Shown piece by piece: positions 1 through 11,049 of a stretch of DNA of 64,000 nucleotides; position 1 is the first letter of the stretch, and each line of letters opens with the position of its first letter. Origin of the DNA: Candidatus Latescibacterota bacterium. GTDB lineage: Bacteria > Latescibacterota > UBA2968 > GCA-2709665. The translations under genes were made by a program, and so were the position numbers. The notes beneath the pieces are model-generated. The model had not been told where the DNA came from, ran no database searches, and was given only the letters and a program-made list of their open reading frames with translations. The stretch lies in contig CBDCOX010000002.1 of assembly GCA_965219995.1 (NCBI GenBank), positions 1,344,001-1,408,000 on the forward strand. The letters are read 5' to 3'.

Positions 1-909
1 CGTATCATCCCGTCCAATGGATATGGGAAGATAATCGTCCTGGATGGTACGACCCGCGAGACGTTTCCCGATGGACGGCGGGTAGAGACCGACCACCTCG
101 GCCAGAGAATCACCACGTGGCCCGACGGCAAAAAGGAACTCCGGATGCCTGCCGCTTACGGCTATCCGGGTGAGCTGAAGACGGGGCTTGCAACGGTCGA
201 CCGGCTTCCTGATGCGGTCGACGTGGGCGAGGAACTGACGGTGACGGGACAGATCCACGGCGAAGTGGAAGGAATCAACGTCATGGCTTTCCTCGTGCCC
301 GATGGAGATGCGATCGAAGGCGACGTTCGCAGGGCGGAACAGCGGTTTCATGCGCGGTTCCGGTTCGGCGAGGCAGGGCACTGCCGCGTTCAGGTGCAGG
401 TTGTATTGCCCAAAGCGCGCACCTATACGGTTTCACACCAGTCTGTCATTGTCGGCAACCCCGATGTACTGGAAGACGAAGTCCTTGAAATTGTTCCCTA
501 TCCGGGGGACGAGGCCGCGCAGCTGTTTCTGATCGATCGAATCAACGCTTCCCGGAAGCGGATTCGACGCCGTCTGATATCCCCGCATCCCGAGTTGATG
601 CACGTGGCCCGCATCCGGCTTGAAGAGATGCTTGCACAGGGTATTGTGTCCCATTATTCCATGGCGGGACTGGACGTGGGTTGGCATACGACCTACCGGC
701 GGTTGCCCTTCCACCGCGTGAGTGAAAATGTGGCGAGAACCCGGTTTGTCGAAACGATGCACGCCGGCTGGATGCTGAGCGCGGGGCACCGTGCGAATAT
801 CCTGGCGAAGCACTGGACGCACGTTGGGGTGGCGGTTGCCGAGGCGGAGGAATCGGTCTGGGGCGTTCAGGTGTTCGGGCAGCGTTTCAACCGGAACCCT
901 TTGCGGTAA
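1..909 (+). CDS. CAP/SCP (cysteine-rich secretory protein family) domain protein, 5'-partial
   Basis: Frame is open from base 1 (RIIPSNGYG...PDGKKELRMP). C-terminal CAP motifs: INASR, HYS, ENVA, WMLSAGHRANIL...HVGVAV, VQVFG. Confidence 0.85.
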   Translation, partial: RIIPSNGYGKIIVLDGTTRETFPDGRRVETDHLGQRITTWPDGKKELRMPAAYGYPGELKTGLATVDRLPDAVDVGEELTVTGQIHGEVEGINVMAFLVPDGDAIEGDVRRAEQRFHARFRFGEAGHCRVQVQVVLPKARTYTVSHQSVIVGNPDVLEDEVLEIVPYPGDEAAQLFLIDRINASRKRIRRRLISPHPELMHVARIRLEEMLAQGIVSHYSMAGLDVGWHTTYRRLPFHRVSENVARTRFVETMHAGWMLSAGHRANILAKHWTHVGVAVAEAEESVWGVQVFGQRFNRNPLR

Positions 910-923
910 ACGCCGCTGCGCGC

Positions 924-946
924 CCCCTGTGCCCGGAGCACAGGGG
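924..946 (+). terminator. Stem-loop after the CAP gene
   Basis: CCCCTGTGC-CCGGA-GCACAGGGG perfect 9-bp stem, 15 nt after the stop codon. It is followed by an A-rich tract rather than a U-rich one. Confidence 0.5.
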
Positions 947-968
947 AAATAAAATTGGGAAAAAGCGC

Positions 969-995
969 TTGACAAAACAGACATCTGTCTGTTTT
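969..995 (+). promoter_or_regulatory. -35 box plus overlapping palindromic operator upstream of imuA (candidate SOS box)
   Basis: TTGACA at 969-974; AAAACAGACA-TC-TGTCTGTTTT perfect inverted repeat at 974-995. No clear -10 box. Confidence 0.65.
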
Positions 996-1060
996 TTTGT
1001 TTATGTGCGTTCCTTCAGGAACATGCGGAACCGTTTTCACTCCCGGGAAAGGTCGGCCAG

Positions 1061-1726
1061 GTGCAGGGCGTATCGGGCAATATCAAACGAAACCGCTTTT
1101 CAGCCTTGCAGGACGGCGGGTTGCAGCGCCTCCGGGCCGATCTGAACAGGATCAGGATCCGGACGAAAACGCCGTGCTGGTCGCTGGCGCAGTTGGCCGG
1201 GCGTCTTTGCGAACTCTCCTCCGATTCGGGAGCCGGGCTGCTCACGGCTGCCTTCGGGCTGGTGCTGGATGCGCAGTTCGGGCATGAGCCGGTGGCCTGG
1301 ATCACGGCCACGCCGGATACCTTTTTCGCCCCCGATGCAGCCGACAACGGCGTGGACCTGAATGCCCTCGTCGTCGTCCACGTGCCCGATGCCCGGTCCG
1401 CGGCGCGATCGGCGGACCGGCTCCTGAGGTCGGGCGCCTTCGGCCTGATGGTCATGGACCTGCACGCCGATCCCGCAATCCCGTTTCCGCTGCAGGCGCG
1501 CCTGGCCCATCTGGCGCGCGCCCACGAAACCGCCCTGCTCTGCCTGACCTCAAAAGCCAGGGAGACGCCTTCGTTGGGACCGATGGTCTGTCTGCGAGGG
1601 CAATCCTCCTGCCGGCGCCTGGGGATCGACCGCTTCCAGTACGACATCGAAATTCTGAAGGACAGACGTCATGGACCGGGCTGGCGCCACACCGAAATCT
1701 GCCGAGGGCCGGACGGCCTGCATTAA
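1061..1726 (+). CDS. imuA: ImuA, RecA-like mutasome protein (start uncertain)
   Basis: WSLAQLAGRLCELS, EPVAWI, FFAPDAADNGVDL, LLRSGAFGLMVMDL. First gene of an imuA-imuB-dnaE2 cassette. Confidence 0.85.
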   Translation: MQGVSGNIKRNRFSALQDGGLQRLRADLNRIRIRTKTPCWSLAQLAGRLCELSSDSGAGLLTAAFGLVLDAQFGHEPVAWITATPDTFFAPDAADNGVDLNALVVVHVPDARSAARSADRLLRSGAFGLMVMDLHADPAIPFPLQARLAHLARAHETALLCLTSKARETPSLGPMVCLRGQSSCRRLGIDRFQYDIEILKDRRHGPGWRHTEICRGPDGLH

Positions 1727-3173
1727 TATCCGGGCGCTTCCGCTGCAACTCCTGCTGAGGAGACACCCGGAGTGGAAGCGGAGGCCGGTCGCGGTGGTGG
1801 AAAAAGAGAATCCTCAAAGCCCCATCCTCTGGGTGAACTCAGCGGCCGGCCGGGCCGGCATCCGCACGGGAATGCGCTATGCCTCGGCCCTTTCGCTGGA
1901 CCGGGACCTGTGCGCGGGAACGGTTTCCGAGAGGGAAATCCAGGCCGCGGTGCGGCAGGTCCACCGGCTTCTGGACCGTTTCAGCCCCCGGATCGAGCCC
2001 TGCAACGACGAGCCCGGGATTTTCTGGGTCGACGCCAGCGGGCTCGACAAACTCCATGCTTCTCTCGAAGACTGGGCCATGCAGATCGACACCCGCCTCT
2101 CCCGGCTGGCGTTAAAGGCCAGTATCGTCGTCGGGTTCAGCCGTTTCGGCAGCTATGCCATCGCCAGGTCGGTGAGCCGGGTGACCGTGCTCCCTTCCCA
2201 CGAAATCGAGCAGGCGGAAAGCCGAATGGTGCGGCTGCTGCATCTGCAAATCGACCCGAAGCTGCGCGACCGGCTCGAAAAACTGGCGGTTCACACCGTG
2301 AGCGATTTCCTGGCGCTTCCCTCGGGCGGCATCGCGCATCGCCTCGGCGAGCAGGCCTGGAGCCTCTACCGTTTTGCGTCGGGAACGCTGTCGCTGCCGA
2401 TTCAATCCCGGAAGATCCCCGAGCCCCTCCGCGTCCGGATAGACCTGGACGAGCCCGAATCCAATGCCCAAAGACTCCTTTTCTGGATCCGGCGGCGGCT
2501 GGATCCCCTGTTGCGAGCCACGGCGGCAAGGTGCCAGGCGGTGACGGCCCTGCACCTGCACCTGCTGCTGGAAGACGGAGACCGTCATCGCCAGCGCATC
2601 CAGCCGGCAAGGCCGACCCTGGAGGCGCCGGTCCTGCTGGACCTGCTCGGTTTGCACCTGGAAACGGTCTCTTTCCGCGCGCCTCCGGTGGAATTGGCCC
2701 TGGAGGCGGAGGGCGTGTACGTCTCCGCCGAAACCCTGGACCTGCTGCAGCAGAATCCACGCCGCAATCTCGAGGCGGCCCTGGATGCGCTGGCCCGTGT
2801 CCGCGCCGAGTTCGGCCCCGATTCCGTGCTGTCGGCACGGCTCAAGCCGGGGCACCTGCCGGAAGCCCGTTTCGAGTGGCAGCCCTTCAGGAAGCTTGCC
2901 GCAGCCAGTCCCCGGCCGGTCCCCGTGCGTCCCCTGGTGCGGCGCGTCCAGGCCTGCCCCGGACTCCTGGAAGGGGCTTCCCTTTCCCTTGCGAAAAACC
3001 GGAAGCCGCCGTCGGGCGCGGAGTACTCGCCGGGACACACCATCAGTGGAGGATGGTGGCGCCGGGAGATCCGGAGAGACTACCGGTTCATCAACACCCA
3101 CCGGGGGGAACGCCTCTGGATCTATTACGACCAGCAGGCGCGCCGCTGGTACGCCCAGGGCCGCGTCGAATGA
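1671..3173 (+). CDS. imuB: ImuB, inactive Y-family DNA polymerase
   Basis: Y-family N-terminus ([28 protein letters not shown]); C-terminal GGWW...RDY...LWIYYD...WYAQG. Stop overlaps the dnaE2 ATG. Confidence 0.9.
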   Translation: MDRAGATPKSAEGRTACINIRALPLQLLLRRHPEWKRRPVAVVEKENPQSPILWVNSAAGRAGIRTGMRYASALSLDRDLCAGTVSEREIQAAVRQVHRLLDRFSPRIEPCNDEPGIFWVDASGLDKLHASLEDWAMQIDTRLSRLALKASIVVGFSRFGSYAIARSVSRVTVLPSHEIEQAESRMVRLLHLQIDPKLRDRLEKLAVHTVSDFLALPSGGIAHRLGEQAWSLYRFASGTLSLPIQSRKIPEPLRVRIDLDEPESNAQRLLFWIRRRLDPLLRATAARCQAVTALHLHLLLEDGDRHRQRIQPARPTLEAPVLLDLLGLHLETVSFRAPPVELALEAEGVYVSAETLDLLQQNPRRNLEAALDALARVRAEFGPDSVLSARLKPGHLPEARFEWQPFRKLAAASPRPVPVRPLVRRVQACPGLLEGASLSLAKNRKPPSGAEYSPGHTISGGWWRREIRRDYRFINTHRGERLWIYYDQQARRWYAQGRVE

Positions 3174-6100
3174 CCAGACCCGCCTCCAAACCGCCGCCCT
3201 ACGTGCCCCTCTGGTGCAAGAGCAACTATTCCTTTCTGGAAGGCGCCAGCCATCCCGAGGAACTGGTCGAGGCATGCCGGAGGAACGGCCTTTGCGCCAT
3301 GGCGCTCACCGACCGGAACGGCGTGTACGGAATCGTCAGGGCCCACGTTCAGGCCCAACAGGCGGGCATACACCTGATCGCGGGATCGCAGATCGGCCTC
3401 CAGGACGGATCGGAAATCCTGCTGCTGGCCCGGAACCGGAAGGGCTACGGCAATCTCTGCCGTCTGCTGACCGACGGGCATCTGCGTTCCTCCAAGGGAA
3501 CGTGTACGCCGGGCCTGGAGGACGTATGCCGCCGCAATCCCGGCCTGATCGCCCTGTGGATCGGCCGGGCCGGGCCGGAAGGCGGCCCGGAGCCCGTACT
3601 GGAACAGCTCAAAACGGCATTCGGAGACCGCCTGTACATCCTGCTGGCCAGGCACCGCCGGGCGGAGGAGGTCCTGCGGGAAATCCGGCTGCGGGAACTG
3701 GCGGACCGGTTCGGCCTTCCCACCGCGGCCGCCGTGGAGGTCCTCTATCATACCCCCGAACGACGGCGCCTGCAGGACGTCCTCACCTGTATCCGGGAAG
3801 GCGTGACCCTGTCCACGGCGGGCCGGAACATCCGGCCGAACGACCAGCACGCCCTGAAGCATCCGGACGACCTGGCCCGCCTCTTTGTGGATGATCCGGA
3901 GTCGGTCAGGCGGACCCGCGAAATTGCCGACCGCTGCTCCTTCTCGCTCCGGGAACTGCATTACCGCTATCCGCTGGAACGCGTGCCGGAAGGCAGGACT
4001 TCCATCCAGTACCTGCGCGACCGGACGTTCGAGGGCGCCGCGCGCCGGATGGGCGAAAAGTTCCAGGACCAGATTCCACAACTGGAGAAGGAACTCGAAC
4101 TGATCCGGGAACTGGAGTACGAAGGCTACTTCCTGACCATGTACGAAATCGTCGAGTACTGCCGCCGTCAAAAAATCATCTGCCAGGGCCGGGGGTCGGC
4201 CGCCAACTCGGCGGTCTGCTTCGCCCTGGGGATCACCAGCGTGGACCCGACCCAAGTGGAACTTCTCTTCGAGCGCTTTCTGTCCAGGGAGAGGGCGGAG
4301 CCTCCGGATATCGACCTGGATATCGAGCACAACCGCAGGGAAGAAGTAATCCAGCATATGTACGAAAAATACGGTCGGGACCGCGCCGCCATGGTGGCCA
4401 ACGTGGTGCGCTACCGGTACCGGTCCGCCATCCGGGAAGTGGGCAAGGCGCTGGAAATTTCGGCAACCAGCCTGGACCGCCTGGCCAAGCTGGTGTCCCA
4501 TGAAAACTGGAGCGATGCCTTCATCGCGCAGGCCGGTCTGGATCCTCAGAACCCGGCCCTGCGCCACCTCGCTTCCCTGGTGGAAGAGATCCAGGATTTT
4601 CCCCGCCACCTCTCCATACATCCCGGCGGCTTTCTGCTGGGCCATCGCCCCGTCCACGAACTGGTGCCCATCGAGAACGCCGCCATGGATGCCAGAACGG
4701 TCATTCAATGGGACAAGGAGGACGTGGAGCAGGCCGGTCTGTTCAAGGTGGACCTGCTGGGGCTGGGCGCCCTCACCCATCTGCATCTCTGCTTCGATCT
4801 CATGCGGGAGCACCGCGGGCAGGATATGTCCCTTGCCACCCTTCCCAGGGCCGATGCGGCGACCTTCGAAATGATCTGCCGAAGCGATACCGTGGGGGTG
4901 TTTCAGATCGAAAGCCGGGCGCAGATGGCCATGCTGGGGCGCCTCAAGCCGCGCAGCTATTACGACCTGGTGATCGAGATCAGCATTGTACGTCCCGGGC
5001 CCATCACGGGCGGCATGGTGCATCCCTATCTGCGGCGGCGCAACGGGGACGAGGAGGTCGACTATCCCCACCCTTCCCTCGTTCCCGTTCTCAGGAAAAC
5101 CCTGGGCATTCCACTGTTCCAGGAGCAGGTGATGCAGCTGGCCATGGTTGCGGCCGACTACACCCCCGGCGAGGCCGATCAGCTCCGGAGGGACATGGCG
5201 GCGTGGCGGCGTTCCGGACGCATCGAGCGGCACCACCGCCGCCTCGTCACCCGCATGGTCAAAAAGGGCATCGAACGTGAATTCGCCGAACGCATCTTCA
5301 ATCAGATTCGCGGTTTCGGCGACTACGGCTTTCCCGAAAGCCATGCCGCCAGCTTTGCCCATATCGCCTATGCCACCGCCTATCTCAAATGCCACCATCC
5401 GGCGGAGTTCGTCTGCGCCCTGCTGAACGCCCAGCCGATGGGGTTTTACGAACCCGCCACCATCGTCAACGACGCCGGGAGGCACGGGATTGCCGTGCGG
5501 CCCGTCTGCATACGCGAAAGCGACTGGGACTGCACCCTGGAGCCGGCCTCTTCCGGCACATCGCCCTCTCCGTTCGCCGTGCGGATGGGGCTGCGTTACG
5601 TCAACGGGCTGGGCGATGCGGACGGCCGCCGGCTCTCTTCCGCGGCGAAGGAGCGCCCTTTTCAGGACCTTGAAGACGTCGCCCGGCGCGGCGGGCTCCG
5701 CCAGGACAAGCTGGAGACCCTGGCCGAGGCTGGCGCCTTCGCGTGTTTCGGCCTGGACCGGCGCGGCGCGCTCTGGCAGGTGCACGGGTTCGCAACCCCG
5801 CAGGAGCCCGCGCTGCCAATGAACAACCGCGTTTCGCCGCCCCGGTTCCCTCCCCTGAGCGGGCTGGAGACGGTTGCCTGGGACCACCAGGCCGCCGACC
5901 ACAGCACGCGGGGACACCTCCTGAAACCGCTGCGCTCCGAACTGGCCGCCCGGAGACTGCCCACCGCGCGCCAGATCAACCGGATGCAGGACGGACACCG
6001 GGTCCGGTACGCGGGGATGGTCATCTGCCGCCAGCGCCCGGGAACCGCGAAGGGCGTTACCTTCATGACCCTGGAGGATGAAACGGGGTTTGTGAACCTG

Positions 6101-6277
6101 GTAATCTGGGAAAGGACGTTCAAGCGCTATTCCCTGCTGGCCAAAACGCTTTCGTGCATGGGCGTAACCGGAAAACTGCAGGTGGGAGAGGGCGTGACCC
6201 ACCTGGTGGTTGAGAAAATCTGGAAGCCGAAGCTGGATACGGGGGCGCCGCGCGCCAGGAGCCGGGATTTTCATTGA
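3170..6277 (+). CDS. dnaE2: Error-prone DNA polymerase DnaE2 (ImuC)
   Basis: ATG at 3170 (ATGA overlap). PHP domain [41 protein letters not shown] fold RQRPGTAKG, and the DnaE2 C-terminal signature SRDFH. Confidence 0.97.
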   Translation: MTRPASKPPPYVPLWCKSNYSFLEGASHPEELVEACRRNGLCAMALTDRNGVYGIVRAHVQAQQAGIHLIAGSQIGLQDGSEILLLARNRKGYGNLCRLLTDGHLRSSKGTCTPGLEDVCRRNPGLIALWIGRAGPEGGPEPVLEQLKTAFGDRLYILLARHRRAEEVLREIRLRELADRFGLPTAAAVEVLYHTPERRRLQDVLTCIREGVTLSTAGRNIRPNDQHALKHPDDLARLFVDDPESVRRTREIADRCSFSLRELHYRYPLERVPEGRTSIQYLRDRTFEGAARRMGEKFQDQIPQLEKELELIRELEYEGYFLTMYEIVEYCRRQKIICQGRGSAANSAVCFALGITSVDPTQVELLFERFLSRERAEPPDIDLDIEHNRREEVIQHMYEKYGRDRAAMVANVVRYRYRSAIREVGKALEISATSLDRLAKLVSHENWSDAFIAQAGLDPQNPALRHLASLVEEIQDFPRHLSIHPGGFLLGHRPVHELVPIENAAMDARTVIQWDKEDVEQAGLFKVDLLGLGALTHLHLCFDLMREHRGQDMSLATLPRADAATFEMICRSDTVGVFQIESRAQMAMLGRLKPRSYYDLVIEISIVRPGPITGGMVHPYLRRRNGDEEVDYPHPSLVPVLRKTLGIPLFQEQVMQLAMVAADYTPGEADQLRRDMAAWRRSGRIERHHRRLVTRMVKKGIEREFAERIFNQIRGFGDYGFPESHAASFAHIAYATAYLKCHHPAEFVCALLNAQPMGFYEPATIVNDAGRHGIAVRPVCIRESDWDCTLEPASSGTSPSPFAVRMGLRYVNGLGDADGRRLSSAAKERPFQDLEDVARRGGLRQDKLETLAEAGAFACFGLDRRGALWQVHGFATPQEPALPMNNRVSPPRFPPLSGLETVAWDHQAADHSTRGHLLKPLRSELAARRLPTARQINRMQDGHRVRYAGMVICRQRPGTAKGVTFMTLEDETGFVNLVIWERTFKRYSLLAKTLSCMGVTGKLQVGEGVTHLVVEKIWKPKLDTGAPRARSRDFH

Positions 6278-6337
6278 CACCACGCACCGTCAACGAAGAA
6301 TTCCCACTGATTAAATATGAAGCTGCCAGAAAAAAAA

Positions 6338-6375
6338 TTGCTTCCAATTCGAAGATATACTAAAATGTGTACACA
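6338..6375 (+). promoter_or_regulatory. Sigma70-type promoter of the MTase operon with a palindrome at the likely transcription start
   Basis: TTGCTT(6338-43)-17 bp-TAAAAT(6361-66), followed by the palindrome TGTGTACACA (6366-75). Confidence 0.55.
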
Positions 6376-6568
6376 ACAGAGCATAGAAGATAATCGAAAT
6401 GCTACCAGAAATCTCGTCGGCAAAGCCTAACACATTTCGCGCGGTATCACCAAGATACTAACGAATTCGTCTAATGCCTCCGCGCCAACAGATCTAAAGG
6501 AACTTTAACCGTAACTCAAAGCCAAAACCAGGGACGATTATGAAAGAAACAAAGGTGCCAATAACTCA

Positions 6569-7504
6569 ATGGGCTCACCAATCGCAATAGATAGTAAAGG
6601 TCATTTCGTGCACACCACCGGCAACCTAAAGATGCAAGATGAGAACGCGATGCAACTAGAAATGCCAATACCTAAGAAGGAATACACTGATCAAGTGCCG
6701 ATCTCACTAGGAGAATTCAACACTCAAAGAATCTATCTTGGGAACTTTCTCGAAATGTCAGCTTCACTGCCAGATCAAAGCGTCGACATAATCATCGCAG
6801 ATCCACCTTACAATGCTAGCAAGGGAGGAATGTGGTCGATGAAATACGGCACACTACCGGGTTTTGGCGGTACTTGGCAGAAAATTTCCCAAGTCTGGGA
6901 TAACATGACACTAGATGAGTACCTGGCTTTCACCCTCGGGTGGCTTTCCCAAGCCAAACGAGTACTTAAACAAACAGGATCAATGTGGGTACATGGAACC
7001 TATCACAATGCAGGAATAACAAATGTAGCAATGCAGATGCTCCGAATCGAAATTATAAATGAGATCGTCTGGTTCAAGCGTAACAGCTTTCCAAATCTTT
7101 CGGGCCGTAGGCTCACCGCGAGTCACGAAACGGTGCTGTGGGCGCACCGTGGTGGGAAGCGTTCTTACCGTTTCAACTACGAATATTCGAAATCGGGGGA
7201 TTTCTCAGATGACCAATTGAAGATCCCAGAAAAACAAATGCGAACAGTTTGGGATCTGCCAAATAACAAGCCCCGCTGTGAGTTGGCTTTTGGTAAACAT
7301 CCCGCACAAAAGCCAGTCAGGCTGGCACGCAGATTCATTCAACTTTCCGCTCTCCCAGGGGATGTGTGTCTTGTTCCGTTTGCCGGCTCCGGCAGCGAAT
7401 GTGTAGCGGCGAAACAACAAGGATTGCACTACATAGGATTCGAGACCAATCCCGATTATGTCGAACTCGCAACAAATAGATTGAACGCCGAGGACAGGCA
7501 ATGA
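6569..7504 (+). CDS. Site-specific DNA methyltransferase, N4/N6 beta class (M1 of a Type IIS system; true start may be 6632 or 6650)
   Basis: IIADPPYN (motif IV) precedes HPAQKP and PFAGSGS (motif I), the beta order. Confidence 0.92.
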   Translation: MGSPIAIDSKGHFVHTTGNLKMQDENAMQLEMPIPKKEYTDQVPISLGEFNTQRIYLGNFLEMSASLPDQSVDIIIADPPYNASKGGMWSMKYGTLPGFGGTWQKISQVWDNMTLDEYLAFTLGWLSQAKRVLKQTGSMWVHGTYHNAGITNVAMQMLRIEIINEIVWFKRNSFPNLSGRRLTASHETVLWAHRGGKRSYRFNYEYSKSGDFSDDQLKIPEKQMRTVWDLPNNKPRCELAFGKHPAQKPVRLARRFIQLSALPGDVCLVPFAGSGSECVAAKQQGLHYIGFETNPDYVELATNRLNAEDRQ

Positions 7505-8385
7505 TGGGTACAACAGCCTCATATTTCGATTTTGAAAAAGCGCCGATCTTTCAACATAGGAGAGTTAGCCAATCTACGCGCGGATATGTGCCGTCACTAG
7601 TCAAGTGGACCGGCAGCAAACGTAGTCAAGCTGCGCGGATTCTTGCCAGTGTTCCGGCACATGGTAGGTACTTCGAACCATTCTTGGGTGGAGGAGCACT
7701 TCTCTATTTCTTAGGAAACCGAGGTGCGGTCTGTGGGGATATATACCGCCCACTAATTGAACTTTGGGTGCTTGCACGGGACGAGCCGGACCGACTAATT
7801 GCCGATTACGCATCGCAATGGGAAGAATTACAGGCGAACCTTCCGGATTATTTCTATGCCGTGCGGAGACGTTTCAACGAACGCCATAGACCCGAAGACC
7901 TTAACTTCATAATGCGCACGTGTGTAAACGGAATAGTCCGCTTTAACAGATGTGGTGAGTTCAACAACTCTTTTCATCTTTCACGTAAGGGTATGTTACC
8001 AAGCCGCTACGAGGGAATCGTACGCAATTGGAACACACGGTTGCAAGGAATTGAGTTTCGAAACGCCGATTTCGAAGCAACGCTCGCAGATGCCAAGTCC
8101 GGAGATTTCGCATATCTAGATCCACCGTACCGAGGAAATAAGCAGCGTTACATTGGCAACCTAGATTTCCATCGGTTTTGCAACGTACTTGACGACCTGA
8201 ATCGACGAAAAGTAATGTGGGCGTTATCTTTCGACGGCTTCCGAGGCAACAGGACTTACGATCACGAAATTCCAGCTGAAATCTATAGTAGGAGAATTCG
8301 ACTTGACAGCGGATATAGTGCTGTATCAAAAGTTCTCAATGGACCAGTAGAGATGGTGACGGAAAGCCTTTATCTCAACTATTGA
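7501..8385 (+). CDS. Dam/D12-class N6-adenine DNA methyltransferase, alpha class (M2)
   Basis: KWTGSKR, YFEPFLGGGA (motif I), then YLDPPY (motif IV). ATGA overlap with the upstream MTase. Confidence 0.92.
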   Translation: MMGTTASYFDFEKAPIFQHRRVSQSTRGYVPSLVKWTGSKRSQAARILASVPAHGRYFEPFLGGGALLYFLGNRGAVCGDIYRPLIELWVLARDEPDRLIADYASQWEELQANLPDYFYAVRRRFNERHRPEDLNFIMRTCVNGIVRFNRCGEFNNSFHLSRKGMLPSRYEGIVRNWNTRLQGIEFRNADFEATLADAKSGDFAYLDPPYRGNKQRYIGNLDFHRFCNVLDDLNRRKVMWALSFDGFRGNRTYDHEIPAEIYSRRIRLDSGYSAVSKVLNGPVEMVTESLYLNY

Positions 8386-10414
8386 CCTTAATTGCGACGA
8401 AATCCTCCCACAAAGGCAGGCGCGCGAGGTCATTTACCAAGGCTTCGCCTGTGGCCGTATCCCCTCGCATATAGAGTGTACATCGTCTGCCACCTTGAGA
8501 AAATGCAACACCGATCTGGACATCCAGTGCGGTTTTTTCTGACAGACCACTAAATGGTTCACGAGAGTCACAGAGATAAGCACCCGCGGACACAAACACC
8601 GCCTTGGGAGGATTCCAAGTGTTTCGATAGATCGACCAAGGCCTATCCTTTTTTACACGAAAAATGCTGGGGGAAGACTTGAACAGCGCCTTAACATAGT
8701 TCGTCAGGCGTGGACCGATGTTCTGCTCCAAAGATCCAGCTCTTTCCTTGGATTCGATACACAAACAGATAGTATTTTCGAAGTTCGTGAATATAGCGAA
8801 GACATGGTCTGGTCGTTTTGCGCCTTGCGCTGATACCCTCGGCAATGTCAGCCACCGGTACTCTGGTTCGCTATTTCGCCACATAAACGATATACCTGAC
8901 CAATCACCACCTGGTGGATTGCACATTCCTTCCAACACCAGATCCTCTCCAAGAGCTTCGAAAGCGACGTGAAGCGCAGTGTCTACATCTTGCTCACCAA
9001 GACTGAACACCCTATCCTCGACGCAGAGCGGTATGGAATGGTAGTCTTGCACTCGGGCCCAATCGGCTTTCAGATACGCCCGAGGATAACTCACTGGCTT
9101 TGTCGCACTGTCGACGAGGATCGCGTCACTGACCGCAAAAATTGCCTCCCAAAGGCCATTAGTGTTCCCAAGGAGAACCGGATTCCTATATAGATTTCTC
9201 CAATGCGATTCCGGTGCAGGACCGTAAACGAAAGTCATCAGCTGAGAGTCTTCGCCCGCCAACATGCGGGTCAGAGGCGGGAGTCCGCGATCTGGTCGTG
9301 CATCGTCGCCACGCGGTTTAAATCCCATCACCCAAGCAATTGCCAAGTGTTCTTCTTGATTGCCAAGCCAGTCCGTGAATGCATCACTAAGGTCGGGGTA
9401 TAACCCACGCAGGCTTTCGCTAAAGCGCGATCTTTGGAATTTGGGCACAAACGATAGGGGAAGACTTGAGGACGCGAGACCCAAACTTGCTTTGGATCCC
9501 AAATCCATAAATAAACTGGCTGTTTCAGTCAAGGCCTTGATGTAAGCGGTTTTTTTCCATGGAAGTTTCACATTTTCCAAAAGAAAATCCGGCAGATTTT
9601 GCCCTGCGCAAATAGCCTTATACGCTTTCCTCCATTGAACAGCGCTAAGTCCGTCATTCCTTCTTCTTGAATTGGCGAGCAGCTCAACTAATGTAACACA
9701 TTTGTCTGCAAGAGCCTGGTTTGCTTGGGCAGTACCTTCTCCAAGTATAGCAAGTTTCAAATACTCTAGAAAATCGGCGTTACCGAATATCGGACCAAAC
9801 GATGTTATCGTATCACCCGTAGCGCCTGCGTTTGCGTTATATACTGGTAGGCATAATGTGTTTTGGTACAGGGTCATTGCGATGAAGCTGAACGGTACGG
9901 CGGGATTTGGCATTCTCGCTGCCTTCCTCTTGCGGTCCCCACCAAGTTCAAATCCACCGAGTTCAGCAACGAAAAAATATGGAATCTTCGCACTTGCAAA
10001 TGAAAATGCTCTGCCATGTCTTTGCCACGCTTGATTGCCAGCCGGCAAAGCTCCACAAAACTCAATCGCCGCGAATGGTTTCTCCTCGCCATCTTGTACC
10101 CTTGTCAAGATCGCATCCGCCGCTTCACGCAGCCTGCCGCCTGACCGATGTATATATTCCACGATGTCTTGGCTCCAGCGACGTTCTCCAAAACCGGGAT
10201 ATAGACGAAAACTCAATTCTCGATCCAAGAGCCGTACGAAATAGACTGGGCAAGTGACCGAAGAATCCGGTCCAACGATCTCGTCTACAAGATCTCCGAG
10301 ACCTGTGATAATGTAATTGAACGCACGGAGGCACTCGACTATGTTGTCACCGTGTATGTTAAATTCGCACAGCTCGACGACGTTGGCGCTGTTCTTCTTC
10401 ATTGCTAATGTCAC
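8375..10414 (-). CDS. Type IIS restriction endonuclease, BsmI/Mva1269I-like (two nuclease domains)
   Basis: 679 aa. Blocks IHGDNIVEC, AIEFCGALPAGNQAWQRHGRA, GFKPRGDDARPDRG, GMCNPPGGDWSG and RPDHV...IESKE match my recollection of R.BsmI. Convergent with and overlapping the MTase pair. Confidence 0.8.
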   Translation of the reverse strand: MTLAMKKNSANVVELCEFNIHGDNIVECLRAFNYIITGLGDLVDEIVGPDSSVTCPVYFVRLLDRELSFRLYPGFGERRWSQDIVEYIHRSGGRLREAADAILTRVQDGEEKPFAAIEFCGALPAGNQAWQRHGRAFSFASAKIPYFFVAELGGFELGGDRKRKAARMPNPAVPFSFIAMTLYQNTLCLPVYNANAGATGDTITSFGPIFGNADFLEYLKLAILGEGTAQANQALADKCVTLVELLANSRRRNDGLSAVQWRKAYKAICAGQNLPDFLLENVKLPWKKTAYIKALTETASLFMDLGSKASLGLASSSLPLSFVPKFQRSRFSESLRGLYPDLSDAFTDWLGNQEEHLAIAWVMGFKPRGDDARPDRGLPPLTRMLAGEDSQLMTFVYGPAPESHWRNLYRNPVLLGNTNGLWEAIFAVSDAILVDSATKPVSYPRAYLKADWARVQDYHSIPLCVEDRVFSLGEQDVDTALHVAFEALGEDLVLEGMCNPPGGDWSGISFMWRNSEPEYRWLTLPRVSAQGAKRPDHVFAIFTNFENTICLCIESKERAGSLEQNIGPRLTNYVKALFKSSPSIFRVKKDRPWSIYRNTWNPPKAVFVSAGAYLCDSREPFSGLSEKTALDVQIGVAFSQGGRRCTLYMRGDTATGEALVNDLARLPLWEDFVAIKVNS

Positions 10415-11049
10415 TTTGTTTCGCTGTTTATGTCAATTGCGATATCAAACCGAGAAAACGTCTTGCAGACTGTCTAGGGATAGTTGGACTCGACAAATCC
10501 TTCCACCGTCGCTTGTTTCGTATGCCGACCGAGGGAACAACATCAAATTTCCGCGTATAGCGTATACAGACGTGTCATTAACAGACTCAGGGCAGGATGC
10601 GCAAAACTCTGCATTCAGGACTCTTTATCGGCCTCACGTGGCGGCGCCTGAACGCGAGACGCGTTGTTTGTATCAGCTGTACCGACACTCTTGGGACACG
10701 CGTCTGATATCGCCGTTTGAACTTGATTAATCCTTCGCGATTTGCCAAACGTCGTTCGATGACTTCTGAATCACCGCAGAGTCTCGACACCGACTCCCGA
10801 TCCCTAGCGTTTCCACGCCAGACTCTTTTCCGTACCGGAACTAGCGGTGGCATCCAGTTGGCTGGAACAGCAGGCATATTATAGGCCAAAGCGAGTCATT
10901 GGGGAAGAAGCTTAATTATCCTGATATTCCAATGACTACAGGATTCCGCCCAACGGCAGTGCCTCGCATAAGCATTGGCTTCCATACCATTTTCGTACTT
11001 TTCCAAGCGCGTTTCCGCGACCGCCGCGACAACCGAAGGAGATCATCCC

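Noticed and set aside
1772-3169. 1501-aa ORF suggesting a long N-terminal extension of DnaE2
   Set aside because: The extension overlaps imuB in another frame and is low-complexity Arg/Pro/Gly. The ATGA-coupled start at 3170 gives a normal DnaE2.
3125-6283. 1052-aa antisense ORF (and similar shadows at 20893-22608, 47248-48756, 54415-55866)
   Set aside because: Typical stop-free shadow frames of GC-rich genes, with no recognisable motifs.
7501-8385. DpnII/MboI-type GATC system (alpha + beta MTase pair)
   Set aside because: The associated REase is 679 aa and BsmI-like, not a ~290-aa DpnII-type enzyme.
10462-10590. CAGAC/GTCT half-sites resembling the imuA operator
   Set aside because: Wrong spacing and not palindromic; likely chance.
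10587-10889. 100-aa ORF upstream of the REase as a possible controller protein
   Set aside because: No HTH pattern, a weak start, and no C-box seen.
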